Both the position numbers and the translations under genes were made by a program. The notes below the pieces were generated by a model. That model saw only the letters and a list, made by a program, of their open reading frames with translations, was not told the origin of the DNA and made no database searches. A stretch of DNA of 64,000 nt from Marsupella aquatica (lineage: Eukaryota > Plantae > Marchantiophyta): positions 21,841,622-21,905,621 of the forward strand of contig OZ316896.1 of assembly GCA_973895155.1 (NCBI GenBank), given 5' to 3'. This document shows, piece by piece, positions 51,272 through 63,988 of this stretch. Each line of letters starts with the position of its first letter. Within the stretch, counting starts at the first letter, position 1.

Positions 51272-51368
51272 GACACGTGTCGAATGAGGATTAATGGGAA
51301 TGCGAACGAGTGTGTACGTGGCGATGAGGGAGTGGGAGTTGAGCTCTCCTGCTTGTGGCAGGGCCCAC
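51272..51368. promoter_or_regulatory. G-box / ABRE / TCP-site-like cluster in the divergent PWD-PIG-V intergenic region
   Basis: Palindromic GACACGTGTC (51272-51281), TACGTGGC (51315-51322) and GGGCCCAC (51361-51368). Motif match only. Confidence 0.4.
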
Positions 51369-52945
51369 CTGGGGGAAACTAATGGGGAAAGTCATTTTAT
51401 TGTCCTGCCATTGGCTCCTATATTATTTACTATGATAATTCTCTCATAGAAACAAAATATAAAGCAACGCTCATCTGGGCCACTCCCATGAACGGGAAAA
51501 TGATCTCCCATGGACCACAAGATTGTTCATTTGGTCTTTTGAAACCTTGTTCATTTGGTCTTTTGAAACCCCCATGTACCACACTCCTCAAAATTTGAGT
51601 TGAATTGTAATAAATTGATGCTCATAAATTCAAATATATTTTAGTTTTGAGTATGTGCCCTAAACCCAGGCCCTTAGGTTTAATATATGTTCTTCACCTT
51701 TTCTGGCATTTTTACATTGCAGTTAATGCATGCCATTTCAGTATTCAGTTCCAAAAAAATGATTTCACTAATCCTAAGTTCTCAACTTAGGATTGGTTGT
51801 CTGGTGTAAGATAACCCATGGGCTTGAGGGGGCTATAGGCAGTAATAGCCCACAACCCCAAAGAGGCAGTGAATTGTCAAGCATAGAGGGAGTATAGTTT
51901 TGCTCTATTTTCACAAGAAACTTTCACCTCTGAGCCAATGGGCGCCCCAAATCTCATAAGTTCTGACCCAGGCTGTCCAGGGGGTCAGGGTTGACAATGC
52001 TGAACAAAATTACAAAGAAAAAAAAGGACACTAAGGATTATTTCTCCTCCATAGTTGTGCTCCTTCCCAAAGGATGGCATGGTTTCCCCAAGGTCTTGCC
52101 CAAAGCTTCACACAATTCTCTATGAAGGGTTTGAAGCCCTAAAAGCACTCCCATGGGTGCACACCCACACAGCCCCCCCCATTGGAGAGCTTAGGGAGTC
52201 CATGCATCCAACTTTGTGAAGGGTCCGACAAGCTTCCCCACCCATCCCGCCTTTCACACTGACCGAAAATTGCCAACCTCCGTTCGAACAGTGCACTTGC
52301 CAGAGCAGCTGCAGAGCCCTTTGATCAAAAAGTGAGAGGGCCAATCATGGTTGCCGATCAATCTTGGTGGGGTGTGTCCTAGCTTGTGGAGTGCAGGACT
52401 GCCGGCCTTGGGAGGAAAATTACTGGGTCAGCTTCATATTTGGCAAAAGGGAAAGATTGGTGCGTGCTGTCGGTTTCTGGAGAATCTCGCGTCTAGCATT
52501 GGGGTGCATAGACTGGGGCACAGAGGGGGGTTCGAACCTGGGCAGTGGGCTGGTCAGGCTATACTGGCTCCCAAGTGTGCCAGATAATGGTGGGAGTGCT
52601 CTAAAATCCTTATGAGTTCTCAAAGTATGGTTTGATAAACCCCAGTTCTCTTTTTGTCTCTTTTTGTCTTGAAAGGAAATGTAGAGGATCACCAAGCTCA
52701 TTCCCAATTCTTCCAAACAATTCCACAGGGTGGCCTCAAAGCTCCCAACCAATGCAGCTCTGCCTCTCTCTCAAACAAGCTCCGTCGGTTGAGTTACCAA
52801 CTGGCCGATTCGGGCACTAAGTTTTTCCAGTTTTGCGGGAGAACTGAGTCAAGTGATTTTAGAAATCCATCATTGTAGGAAAACTGGCCAAGAATTGGTT
52901 CCTGATTTGGGGAACAACATCAGGAAATCTTGCAATTTTGTTCAC

Positions 52946-55900
52946 ATGGAGGTGTCGATCAAGAGACAGCCGACACGGGCAATTCTGAGTCTGGCCGTGG
53001 CTTCCCGTGTTCTGGTCGCAGCTCTGTTCCTCCTGTGGCGAAATGTTGCAAACCCATACGATACATCTGCTGATTTGAATCTCCCCTGCCTCTCGAACAG
53101 CTCCTCCTGGGCATCCTTAGGGGAGCAGACCTTCCTGCAAACTCAGAAACAGCAACAACCCATCTGGGGCCAACGGCTAGGCAAGGCGATTCAGAGAACA
53201 GTCGTCTGGGATGGAGTCTACTACGTGAGAATTGCGGAGTGTGGCTATGAGTATGAGCAGGCCTACGCATTTCTGCCTGCATTGCCACTTCTCATGCGTT
53301 TGCTCTCCCGAACAAGTGAGTTTTCAATGCTTTCTGTAGTTAGGGTTATGCTCTGCACTACTCGAGCAATTCATATTTCTTCAATTTGTTCCCTTAGCTA
53401 TTTGCTCGTGCCTTATGACAGATGGTTCTGACGCCTACGGACCTCGTGTGTGTTTACAGTCTTCTACAACTTGATCCCAGTGTTCGGCCTAAGGCCCATA
53501 CTAGCTTTATCAGGCTATGTCATCAGCAACATTGCTTTCGTTCTTGCGGCGTACTACTTGTACAGGTACGGACATCTCCAGGCATTTCTTAGCTGAACTC
53601 ATACTCCCAATGCTTATGCAATTGAGGCATGAGGCGGATTCTTGATATGATAGCAACCTTTGAATTGATTGGTAGCTTTTGTGGTTATTGGGGCAGTGCT
53701 CGTTGAGCTTACAGATCCGTACTACATTTTTTGTAGTCAAGTTTTAGCTAAATCTGTAGAGTGCAATGCAATGAAGCTATAAACCTTGACTTTGTTGGTG
53801 ATTGATCAGATTGTCTACGCAGGTTTTGGAGGATGAGCAGCAGGCCGTAATAGCAGTAGCGCTGTTTTGCTGCAATCCTGCCTCCACGTTCTACTCTGCA
53901 ATGTATCCTTTCAGAGGTTTGTCTGGGTGAAAGGATGGAACAAAACAAGTATACTGTACTACCTTAGTATTGGCTCTGAGCTTGATCAATTGTTTCATCT
54001 ATACTCTTTTCTCAGCGCCATTTAATGAAGCCGCTATTGATTTTGTGTTTGGGAAAATCCGCCCGCTCAAGTTCTCTTCTGTTTTGCTTAGAGGGAACTT
54101 TAACCGTCACCAGATACTGCGAGAGTTTATTTACCTTGTTTTCCTTCGCGGGGCTCTGGCACTTTGTCAACGGAGAAAGATGGACTGCAACTGCTCTTTT
54201 TGGCTTGAGCAGTGGTGTAAGGTCAAATGGAATATTGCATGCTGGATTTATTTTGTTCCAGGCTATGCACAAAACGTACGACGTTACTTTCTGCCAAAAA
54301 AGAGTCCTGGTGACTACCTCATCGACGGCCAGTCTCCATTTTGTTGATTGCTGCATTTGATCATAGTCTCCCTGCCATATTTTGAATGGCTTTCTATTTT
54401 TTGTGTTGCCACCGTCAGGAACCCACTAGCTTTGTTTCCTTCGGGAGGCGGTGTGGACGATTCTGCTCCGTCATTTTTGTTTCCTAGCTCTTCAGCTCAA
54501 TCTACTTTCCATGTTCAATGTTGCTTTGACTCTTATTTCCCACTAGAAAGAACTCTGACTGGATTGTGCTCGATGGAATTTGTATGCCAAGAGCATGTGT
54601 AGGCAGTTGTGCCCATCATTTTAGTGGCGCTGCTCCAAACTGCTGCGGTGGTTACTCCCTATGTGGCGTTTCAATGTTACGGCTTCATCCAACTTTGTCT
54701 TCATGAAGGGATACCTGAAGTACGGCCTTGGTGTAGTGAAACGATCCCTCACCTATACAGCTTTGTGCAGAGCTACTATTGGTAAGAGCCAGAACAAGAC
54801 AAACAAACAATTGGATGCGCTTAATCTAACATTTCTCACGTAAGTTCACTACAATAAATTTTGGATGACGGTTCTACAGGAGATAATGCTCAGACTGCCT
54901 GTTCAAGAAAAGTGTCCATTCTGAAGTTGTCTTGTTGGAGGGGAAAGTCCAGTGAGTTTCAGTCCATTAGCCTGAAATTGAACAAAAGGTTTCACAAGTC
55001 TCGGATTTTCATGTAAACAGCTACCTAGGATGTTAAAGCTTTCAGTGATTTCCAAATAGCTGAAATGATTTCTCTCGTGCAACAGGAATGTGGGGTTTTT
55101 GCGATACTTTCAATTCAGGCAGCTACCCAATTTCCTGTTGGCGTCTCCGATGCTATGCCTGGCAATTTGTGGCATCGTCACTTATGCGCATAATCAGCCG
55201 AGGCTGTTCTTTCTATTGGGCCTAGATGCATCTCCTTCAACGCGGGCAAGAGTTGCCTTGATGCCACCGACAGGCTCGAAAGCCGCAGTGGCCTTCGATC
55301 AGCAAGGATTGAAGAAAATGGTTGTCACGGAGCCGATTTCAAGTTCTTTGAATGATACTGGTGAGCTATTCTTCTCTACTTTTAAATTTCTTTTGTAGTT
55401 TAACGTGATGAATGTCTTGCATCGTAATTCACATATGCCTCGAATAAAACTACCAAATCACTGTCATGTTGGCAGAAATTTTGAGATTTTACTGAAACAG
55501 AGCATATCTCATGTCCTCCTGAAAACGAACAGATCAAGACCGTTGATAGTGGTGGAGCCTGTGTGAGTAGTAAGATCAAACGGAAGAGCACTGAACTGCT
55601 GTTTCCGGACTGAAATTCCGTAGCCCTGGAGTATAACAAACTGGAGATCCTTCTAATCCTCATATGAGTTGCAAACCCTTTTGCAGCGAAGCTGAGGAAC
55701 AGGAAAGCAAGCAACAAGGATCTTGGGGCTTATGAGCGTGAAACAGAATTCTCAAGGCAGACAGGATTTAATTCTCCAAGATCCATCTGCTTTCTGATCC
55801 AGCTATGTTCCATGGTTGCAACGGCTGTTTTTGTCATGCATGTTCAGGTTTGTCCTCTGAATTATTGCCTCTTAGTTTTTCCAAATAGTACGCTGTAGGA

Positions 55901-56227
55901 CTAGTCGCTGCAAATTTCGGTGTGCCAAGGCCTGGATTATGTGTAGTGAACATCTTTTCATATTCAGGTAGGTTTAAGCATCTGAATCCAATCCGACTCT
56001 ACTTTCGCATGTCATGAAGCTACATCCAAAAGCACTGAAAAAAGAAGTCGGTTTGTCTCCAGGTTGCAACTCGGTTCCTGTCTGTGAGCCCCCCAATATA
56101 TTGGTACGGAGCCTACTTGATAAACCACGCACAAAAGCAGAAAGTTGGTTACATCTTGTGGACGGTTTTCTTATCCTACGTTGGCTTAGGGTCGTTATTG
56201 TTCATCAATTTCTATCCTTTCACTTGA
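52946..56227 (+). CDS. PIGV: GPI mannosyltransferase 2 (PIG-V / GPI18), ~514 aa
   Basis: Exons 52946-53315, 53460-53565, 53810-53902, 54114-54309, 54603-54781, 55086-55360, 55687-55847, 56063-56227 (1,545 nt in frame). Motifs [97 protein letters not shown]. Confidence 0.95.
53903..54113 (+). other. U12-type (minor spliceosome) GT-AG intron in PIG-V
   Basis: Donor GTATCCTTT; branch-site-like CTTTAAC at 54098-54104, 9 nt before the intron end; no polypyrimidine tract; splicing restores the conserved [11 protein letters not shown]. Confidence 0.88.
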
Positions 56228-57122
56228 CATATGGAACCTGATTTTATAGTGAAAACAAGTACGGAGTTGTCTCTCGAAGTGGTCACAATCCTAGTCACAA
56301 AAGCTGAACGTTTATTGGAAGGCTTACAAAAGTCGTATCAATAACTTGTGGATGGTATTGTACATTGTCGGAATGAACATTAAGTGTGAAGACCTAAGAA
56401 GGTCGGAAAATTGTACATTCAATGCTTCCACATTCGGAACATGCACACAGGAATCAGTGGTTGGACTCATTTCACCGTCATGAGTCTCATATCGGATGTG
56501 GATAACTACCAGTCGAAAATAATGACCCTCTCTTTGTGCTCTGCGTCGTTCATGGAAAACTCAGATTGAACTTCTATACTTGTGCTAGCTGCACTGCTCA
56601 TTAAATAACCTGTCTGCTTTTGTACATGGAAGCACGTACAACACACTTAGAAGGAAGCACTAGGTATGAGCTCAGGAACCTGCTGGTCACTGCAAGGCAG
56701 TACTAGTAACCTCTCTTCATCGTTTTGCCACTTCCGACGGTCGATGTCGGCAGCTGTCATGATTTTACTCCACGGTACTAAACCGTGTGTCTGTAGAATA
56801 TGAATTTCTTCTGTGTTTGAAGACTTTGACCTTTGCTTATTAGGACACGTTCGCGACGGAATGATCCGTGCGTTACAGTGATTTTCATTCTTACCTTTGT
56901 TTTTCAGAGTCACTTATCGAAGATTACCGTGAGATCTTTCCATTTCTCTTTATGTTCACATGCTATGTTAGACCGAAATGTGGCAGTCAATTAACGAAAA
57001 TGGATCTCTTTGTGATAGACTTATATTCTCATCATCTTGCTCCAATTTGATGTCCCCACCAAACTATGGTTGAATGGGCACATGGACGAAGTCTTTAGGT
57101 GGGACTGACGCATGCGGTTGTC

Positions 57123-57285
57123 AGTGGGCTCTCACTAGTTTTATATGAAAACCGGACAGAAGACAATCCCAGCAAACGAATATCCAAGCGGATAAGTGGT
57201 ACTGGACAAGGTTGTCGGTGGGCTCTCGCTAGTTTTCTATGAGAAATGGACAGAAGACAATCCCAGCAATGACTATCCAAGCGGG
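57123..57285. repeat. ~94-bp tandem duplication between the PIG-V and CASPL 3' ends
   Basis: GTGGGCTCTCRCTAGTTTTMTATGARAA..GGACAGAAGACAATCCCAGCAA...TATCCAAGCGG occurs twice. Confidence 0.9.
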
Positions 57286-58330
57286 GAAATGGTAGTTGAC
57301 AAGGTCGAAAATGGTCACGTATGTAGTGGAAAGACGACCCAGTGGGTACCGACCTCAGCTCCTACCAATCTCCAATAGTTTTGCCTGGTAAATGGCCCTG
57401 CCTTGGGATGGTTTTTGTCTCTGGTGTCTATGTTGGTTGACAAGTGACAAAGGAGGTTCTTGACCATCTTGATGTTGCACTTCCTAAATTTGATAGAGGC
57501 GGACGTTTTGGCTCTACCTTGCAGAGTCTTTCCACTGGAGGAATGGATGTCACCAATCCACCAACAGAAGAAAAATATTTTGACAATTGCAAGCACCTCG
57601 GACAGTTCTTACACTGCCTTTAGTCATTCACAAACCCCTCGATAATACTCGGGAGGGGAGATGCCGTAACAAACATTTGGGCCGAGATGTACCCTTCACA
57701 ACGTATCACTGTAAAACTTTCTTCCTTCTCTTCTATTTCCTCAACAAGTAAAGGATCTCAACATCACCACTGCATTGAACTGGGTGCAACTTATCCGATT
57801 ACAATCATACAGTATCAGTCAAGTTTCTATTGACAGACACAATCTACTAAAATCCAGCAGCTGGAATGATACGCTCCGGGGATTTCCTGTAGAAGATAAA
57901 GGGCACACGCAAGAGGAGAAACAGTGATGAATACCAGGTGGAACTCTACCGAAACAACTCATTGCAACAAGAGCAGGGCCGAATACATCGATATATTCTA
58001 TAGCAGACAAATGGCACTGAAGGCAAATCCGAAATTCTTCATAGGCACAAGCCGTGCCTGTTCATCAAACCGTTCCAGACCGTGATCAAATCTGCAAAGC
58101 TGATCGTCGTGAACAAGCAATCATGTGGGGAGAGGACAGGATAGAGATGGTGCTGCTGTGTTCTAGTAGCTGCAGCCTTCTTTCCAACAACATAGACGGA
58201 AGGAGGGTTCAAACAGTACAAGAGGCTTGACCCTTCCTGAGCTGCTCCTCTCCTATATCGCTGGTAGGGTAGCGTGGCATAAGCTAGGAAACTGAATGGA
58301 TTGTTCGGTAACAAGAGGAGGTGAAGGAAC

Positions 58331-60145
58331 CTATTGTCGACGAAGAACTCGTAATCCTGAAATAAGAGAAGCTGCTGCTAGGACAAAGAACGCGAGGAAG
58401 CTGAAGGCTACGGCGGCATATGCTTTGTCTTTGAAGCTACTGCTTATCGCATTGGAAAGCAGAGAATAATAGATTCGCATGCCAGTTGCTGCACTCGTGC
58501 TTGCTGACATCAGCAAGTAACTCAGGATCTGCACAAAACAAGATAGATATGCAAGTTATTAAAATGAATTAGCCAGACCGAGTTAGCTCTTCATCTGAAA
58601 GGCTGGAATAGAACAAATGAGTACTTGGTCAAATTATTCAGATTCAGATTTACTATTTAATGTTGTAGTCAGTGGGAAAATTGATACATTTTTGCTACAA
58701 GAACAGAGAAGCTAGTGAAGGACAAACCAGGTCGAGCGCAAAGGTGCCGATGAGCAAGTTGCTGGAGACAGTGCTCTTACTCAACAGAAAGAGGGATAGA
58801 AAGATTGTAGCGAGGGCGTAGCAGAAGACAATCACGTTCACCGTCAGCAGATAGCTGCAGCACAAGCTATTCAAATTAGCACAAACCCTCATCGCACGTT
58901 GTGCACAGCTTTCGAAACGGAAGAGTACAGTAGTCTTGTCCAATGCATTGATAGATCACAATGACAAGTTGGATGTGATCCGAAGTACAGGCGTTGGTTC
59001 ATCGGCGGTGAGGACCAACATCGTAAGGACATTGAAGATCAAAGTCACTCAGATTGATTGAACTGGGGACGAAGGATGGCACAGAGAGCAAAGTATGAGG
59101 GAGGTACATCTGGGGTAAGAAACCGGGGGGGGGGGGAAGCGGAACAAAGCACACAAGGCAGAGCATTCAAAGCAAAACTGGGTCAGGTTGGGTTTCAGTT
59201 CAAAAACAAGATCCTTGCTTGGGACACAGTATGGATCGAAAATCCACGAAATGGAAGCTCCCCATCTGAGCGTAAGTCACGTTCTCGCTCTTGACGAGAA
59301 TGTCGGAGACAGTGCTAACTTGTTGGCATATGTATTCCTGCCAGTGTACACGAGAATTCCCAGCTTCGCGGTACTCTGCAAATAAGCCAGCTCTCCACGT
59401 TCGAAGGCTCTCCAAACTCAACCACCCTTTCTCTCGAGGATGCATCCTAGAGTGATTCTGGTCAGGTGGCTTGTATTGTGCCGCACACGGGTGCATTGCA
59501 ACTAGGCATATTTGAGAGGGGACATTTCAGGTCTTGCCGCTACTCAAGTGCGGCAACAACGCTACAGCGATTGCTGTCACACACACAAGTCTGTGCGGCT
59601 GTGACAGACTGGGTGAGTATTATCTCCTAGTGTTATAACCTCGACGATTGCCTTGCTAGAGACGACGCACTAACAGTAGCGTTTGACCGTCTCTGTAAGT
59701 TACAGGTCTAGTTCCGTGTTACGAAGAATGAGTAACGAGTGGACGGCTTCTAAGGTCCGATGGAATGAGTGATTGAATCGATTTCAAGGTCAAGCGTTTT
59801 ATGGGCAAGTGAGACTAGAGTGAGAGTGAGATATGACCTGAAGAAGAAAAAGTCGTTGAAGTGGAATGTAAAGCCAGAGGCGAAGCCAAGCGTGTCCACA
59901 AGGACGACCGAGGTTGTGTCGGATGCAATGATCGCAAATGCAATGAGTGCAAAAACAGCACTGAGTACTCTCAGCAGGATTGGAACTAAGTCCATAGGAC
60001 TGTGCTTACTCCTGATCCCTCGAGACCTGTAAGCATCCACCCTGGTGGGAACTGCTCCATCAGTGGTATTCCCCGTTTCAAATCCAGCGTTCTTGTCTGC
60101 CATCGGCGGTGCCGTCTCTCCCTCGGTGGGTGGTACAGGCGACAT
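58331..60145 (-). CDS. CASP-like protein (DUF588 / MARVEL-like, four TM segments), ~210 aa
   Basis: Exons 60145-59838, 58854-58728, 58528-58331 (633 nt in frame). Typical CASPL segments ILLRVLSAVFALIAFAIIASD, FNDFFFFSYLLTVNVIVFCY, DLILSYLLMSASTSAA and AAVAFSFLAFFVLAAASLISG; resembles group CASPL4. Confidence 0.9.
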
Positions 60146-61398
60146 TTCCACGGCAACCAATCTCGCACACCAATCGTTCAATGGTGCAACGTAACTGCCT
60201 CTCTCTCTCTCTCTGCAAGAGTGCAGGGTCACGGCTGTGTTCTCGGGCTGTGAAGAGCAGAAGTGGTCAGTGTCTCCGGAGAAGGCAGGAGTCTAGACTG
60301 CATAAGGCACTTGTATGAGCAGCACAACGTGCGCCGTTCCAACGCAATCCGTGGGCTGGACATAACGCCAGCTAAGAGCAGACCTCCCACGCAGATGGCA
60401 CTGCACTAGAAGAAGGCTGGAACACAGAACAGGAGGAGCAGCACTGGCAGCACTACAGCTACTGTGGCAGGGAGTGAAAAATAAATAACCCACGGTTTGC
60501 TTGAGAGCTGAGACCTCAGGGAGCTGCAGGAACGTGTGAGGCGGGGCCAGATTGTCAGCGCGTCCCCACCACGCGACCTCTTATCTTATTATTCCACTCA
60601 CTGCTGAGCATTCGTCAACCAGTTTTCTCTTTCCACGACGACTTTCTCGTCGGCAATCAAGTCTACACAGCAGTCGAGTGGAAGGCACTGCTGCAACAGG
60701 GGCAGGGAGTAGGGACCCAGAAGTTGCCGTGGGTACCCAAAACTTCTGTCCAGTGTCACTAGCAATTCAATCCGGTTGGTTATTGATATGTGAGATCTTT
60801 CATCGAGAAATTTTGGACGTCGGCTCTGAGCTCACGGGTAAACCAAAGGTGCCCAGCCGACAAACCAGGGCAGTAGTAGACTTGATGATGCAATTTCGTT
60901 GCAGTTCTGGGTTCCTTCTGCCTAGACACACGTGAGCGTGCGCACTCCTTCGTTATCTTTTGATTCTCTTACATTATTTTATTTTACTTTTCGCCTCGAA
61001 AGATTTCAGAGAACTCTTTGAACTCGTACTCTTCGACTGGTGAATGTTTCGATTAAACGAATCCACTTTAAGCATTGTCCTCGCGAGCTGCCCCTCCTTC
61101 GTCCTAAGTACTGCCTGGAGATTGTGAGAGAAATTCGAGACAACGAGAGCTCGTTGATTTGTGCTTTTAGAAAGGTTCACCAGAATCGCAAATTCCTATG
61201 CCCTTTTGCGTCCAGGGAACAGTGAACATCAGGCTAAGATCGGTTGACAAACGAGCCAGCAAACCATTATAGGCGTCGAAAAGCGACGCTCTCAGTTTCG
61301 CGGAACGATGGCGAGATCCCGATACTCTTCAAAATGTCAACACTCAGCAGCCAACAGCCAGCCCACCACCAGCTCATCTTTTTGGGTAACTGTTGTTT

Positions 61399-61530
61399 GC
61401 TCCAAGATTCAGCACTCCGAGCATCTGATATTCCGTGATGAGTGCTGCAAAGGCAAGCTTGCTCCAAGATTCAGATCAGCAGTGTCAGCACCCCACGGAA
61501 TCTGAAATTCCGCGATGAGTGCTGCAAAGG
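61399..61530. repeat. Two related hairpin-forming repeat units
   Basis: TGCTCCAAGATTCAG...CAGCAC...TCTGA.ATTCCGYGATGAGTGCTGCAAAGG occurs twice; each unit is closed by CAGCAC/GTGCTG. Confidence 0.75.
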
Positions 61531-62219
61531 AAAAAGTCATCCTCATCACATAGCTCCTTCCCTGGTACGATTCGGCTGCGTTCTGCTGAATCTACACAGA
61601 GGTTCGCCTCAAAAGCGTCCACGCAACCTCGATCTCCCGATCTCTCAGCCCACGACCGATTGGCACTTGCCATCCTGGAAAGCTGATCGAGCTACTCATG
61701 AGCATCTCGCTTGTCGTCCCTCGAATTGAGGGATAGGACGGAGCATTTTCGAATCTCTTTTGTCTTTGAAAGAATTTCTTATCCGGAATTCGCGAATGTG
61801 ACGAACATTTCTGAATATTATCCTTTGCCTGGAAAGATTTCAGCGACTTCCATTCACAGAAAACATTATTTTAGACTTTCTTCAGTCGCCATCTTTCCAG
61901 ATTAGCTTCGTTACCATTTCACTCTACTGTACTTCTATAAATTGCTCCGCTGTTCAGCAAGTCCCTCGATTTGCGGCTCGGTACAGAAGCAGCAGCTGCT
62001 GTCAAACTGGGCCAGGGTCACAGGTGGGTTTGAGTTCTGTCTAATAATAAAGAAATGTCTGTGATGGACTTGACTTGAGTTGACTCGAGAGAAATTCGCC
62101 CTCATCGTGCAGGGATGTGAATTTGTGGTGCGGCCGGGTTTCTCACAGATTCACCGTCTTTCCGATTCTCCTCGAGCAGTTCCCGGGGCGCTTTTCCCGG
62201 CGAGAGTCTGCCTCCGTGC

Positions 62220-62580
62220 TGTCACTTACGCTGTGTTCCAGTGTCAAATATAGTCACTTACGCTGTCTTCCAGTGTCAAATATAGTCACTTACGCTGTCT
62301 TTCGCTGTCAAATAGGGAATTCCCAAGATTGGGGACACATTCCCAAGAATTTATGGAGTGATGGAAAATATGTGTCCCCAATCATGGCTGTAAGTGGGGA
62401 TTTTTTGGTCAAATAACGTGCACATTCCCAAGAATTTATGGACAGCAGTGATGGAAAATATTTGTCCGCATTCATGGTCAAATAGGGAGTTCTCAAAAGT
62501 GCAGATTCCCAAGAATTTATGGACAGTGGTGATGAAAAATATGTGTCCCCAGTCATGGTCAAAACTGGGATTTTGATCAA
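62220..62580. repeat. Adjacent minisatellites: 32-bp unit x3 (62220-62314) and ~80-bp unit x3 (62318-62580)
   Basis: GTCACTTACGCTGTSTT....TGTCAAATA x3, then TTCCCAAGAATTTATGGA...GTGATGRAAAATATKTGTCC...TCATGG x3. Confidence 0.9.
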
Positions 62581-62989
62581 ATTTGCCTCACCTGGGTTCT
62601 TCTAAGTAGAGACATGTCACACCACGCCCGTAGAACAGTGCCCATTATCAGTTTTTCAATGGGTGTCAACCATTCTTTAAGGCGCCGACACATTTTGTGT
62701 GAAGCAATTCTTTCTGTGGACGCAAGTACCGCCTGAGTCACTGACGGTCATGGTTTGCGGGAACCGCAGATTTTTGGTCCACAACCCTGCCTGCAACATT
62801 TTGGTCACTGTCGGGAAATATCCTGAAAACAACTAGTTTGAGACACCCTAATATCTCAGATTACCAAGTAACCACAATGCCAAACTGGGGAGACCCCAAG
62901 TAGTTTATTATCCCAAAGGTGAAACCCTGATAATGAGGGAAGAGGGGAAGTGGAGACCCCAAGGAGACCGAAGAAGCACCACAAACTTG

Positions 62990-63390
62990 AGAGCCTGAGC
63001 CACAACAAAACAATGAATAACCCCTAAAGGAAAACAGAAGACAAAATTCTCTGCTTGACGGAACTGGAAAGCCTAGTAGGGCATCTCAAATATCTACTTT
63101 CTGCCACCGGTTGCAATTCAACAACAAATTCCTGGAAAAAAGTGGTGGACAGGAAAATGCATATCCACACTCTCCTGACCCATGACCAAACCTGGTTGCT
63201 TTGGGCCATGCTTTTTTTTCTGCAAACTTCAAGGTTTGAGACTCCCTAGTAGAGCTCCAGACTAAAGCCATAGGAGGGTCAGGCATCACAAACCCGAGAA
63301 TCCCAGCCACAAAAAAAGAACAAATAGCCCACAAAGGAAAAGAGAAGACAGGAATCCCTACTTGACAGGAAAATTGGAAAGCCTGGTAGA
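62990..63390. repeat. Diverged ~90-bp direct repeat, ~305 bp apart (TE remnant)
   Basis: AGCCACAA...AAAGGAAAASAGAAGACA...CTTGAC...TGGAAAGCCTRGTAG at ~62998-63079 and ~63306-63389. Confidence 0.6.
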
Positions 63391-63958
63391 ACTCTGCATA
63401 GGGGGGATCATCTAGTGGATCCTGTCTAGAAGCCCTAAAACTTGTTGTCAAAGGGGCTGGGTGGGATGGTTTACAGTGTCAGCCTCAAAGCATCTCCAAG
63501 GTTTACTGGGTGGTCTACTATAGCCCTATGTTCACCAAATCTAATAAAGTCATCTGACCTCAAATGGATTACTGTTAGTGTTTTTTTAGTGAAAAAATGA
63601 GCTAGATTCCACCTCTCCAAAAAGTTTTTGCCACTTTTGATTAAAATTGGCTAGGTTTAATATCTCCCACTAGCCAATTTCCCACCTTTGCAATCGACCC
63701 CACCAGCTAAGGTGCAAGGTGAATTGAATCTAACAGTTATCCTTAAATCTAGGGTAATGCACACAAAATGACATTGTACACTAGCCAAAAAGGAGAAACT
63801 TTAAATATTATGCTCATGGTTGTAATGCTATTCAGCTGTCCGCTCCCTTGACTTTTTGGTTATTGGAAATGGATTTATCATTATTTTTGGTTACTGGAAC
63901 TGGAGTTGAGACTCTATAGAGCATTGACTGATTACATGATTCATTCCTGGCTTATCCA

Positions 63959-63988
63959 CATCTATCTATCTATCTATCTATCTATCTA
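63959..63988. repeat. (ATCT)n microsatellite
   Basis: ATCTATCTATCT... run near the window end. Confidence 0.9.

Noticed and set aside
59530-59610. Short hairpins in CASPL intron 1 as a miRNA precursor
   Set aside because: Stems are only ~7 bp (TTGCCGC/GCGGCAA; CTGTCAC/GTGACAG), too short for a plant pre-miRNA.
62220-62580. CRISPR-like array
   Set aside because: The units are contiguous tandem repeats without unique spacers, there are no cas genes, and the context is eukaryotic.
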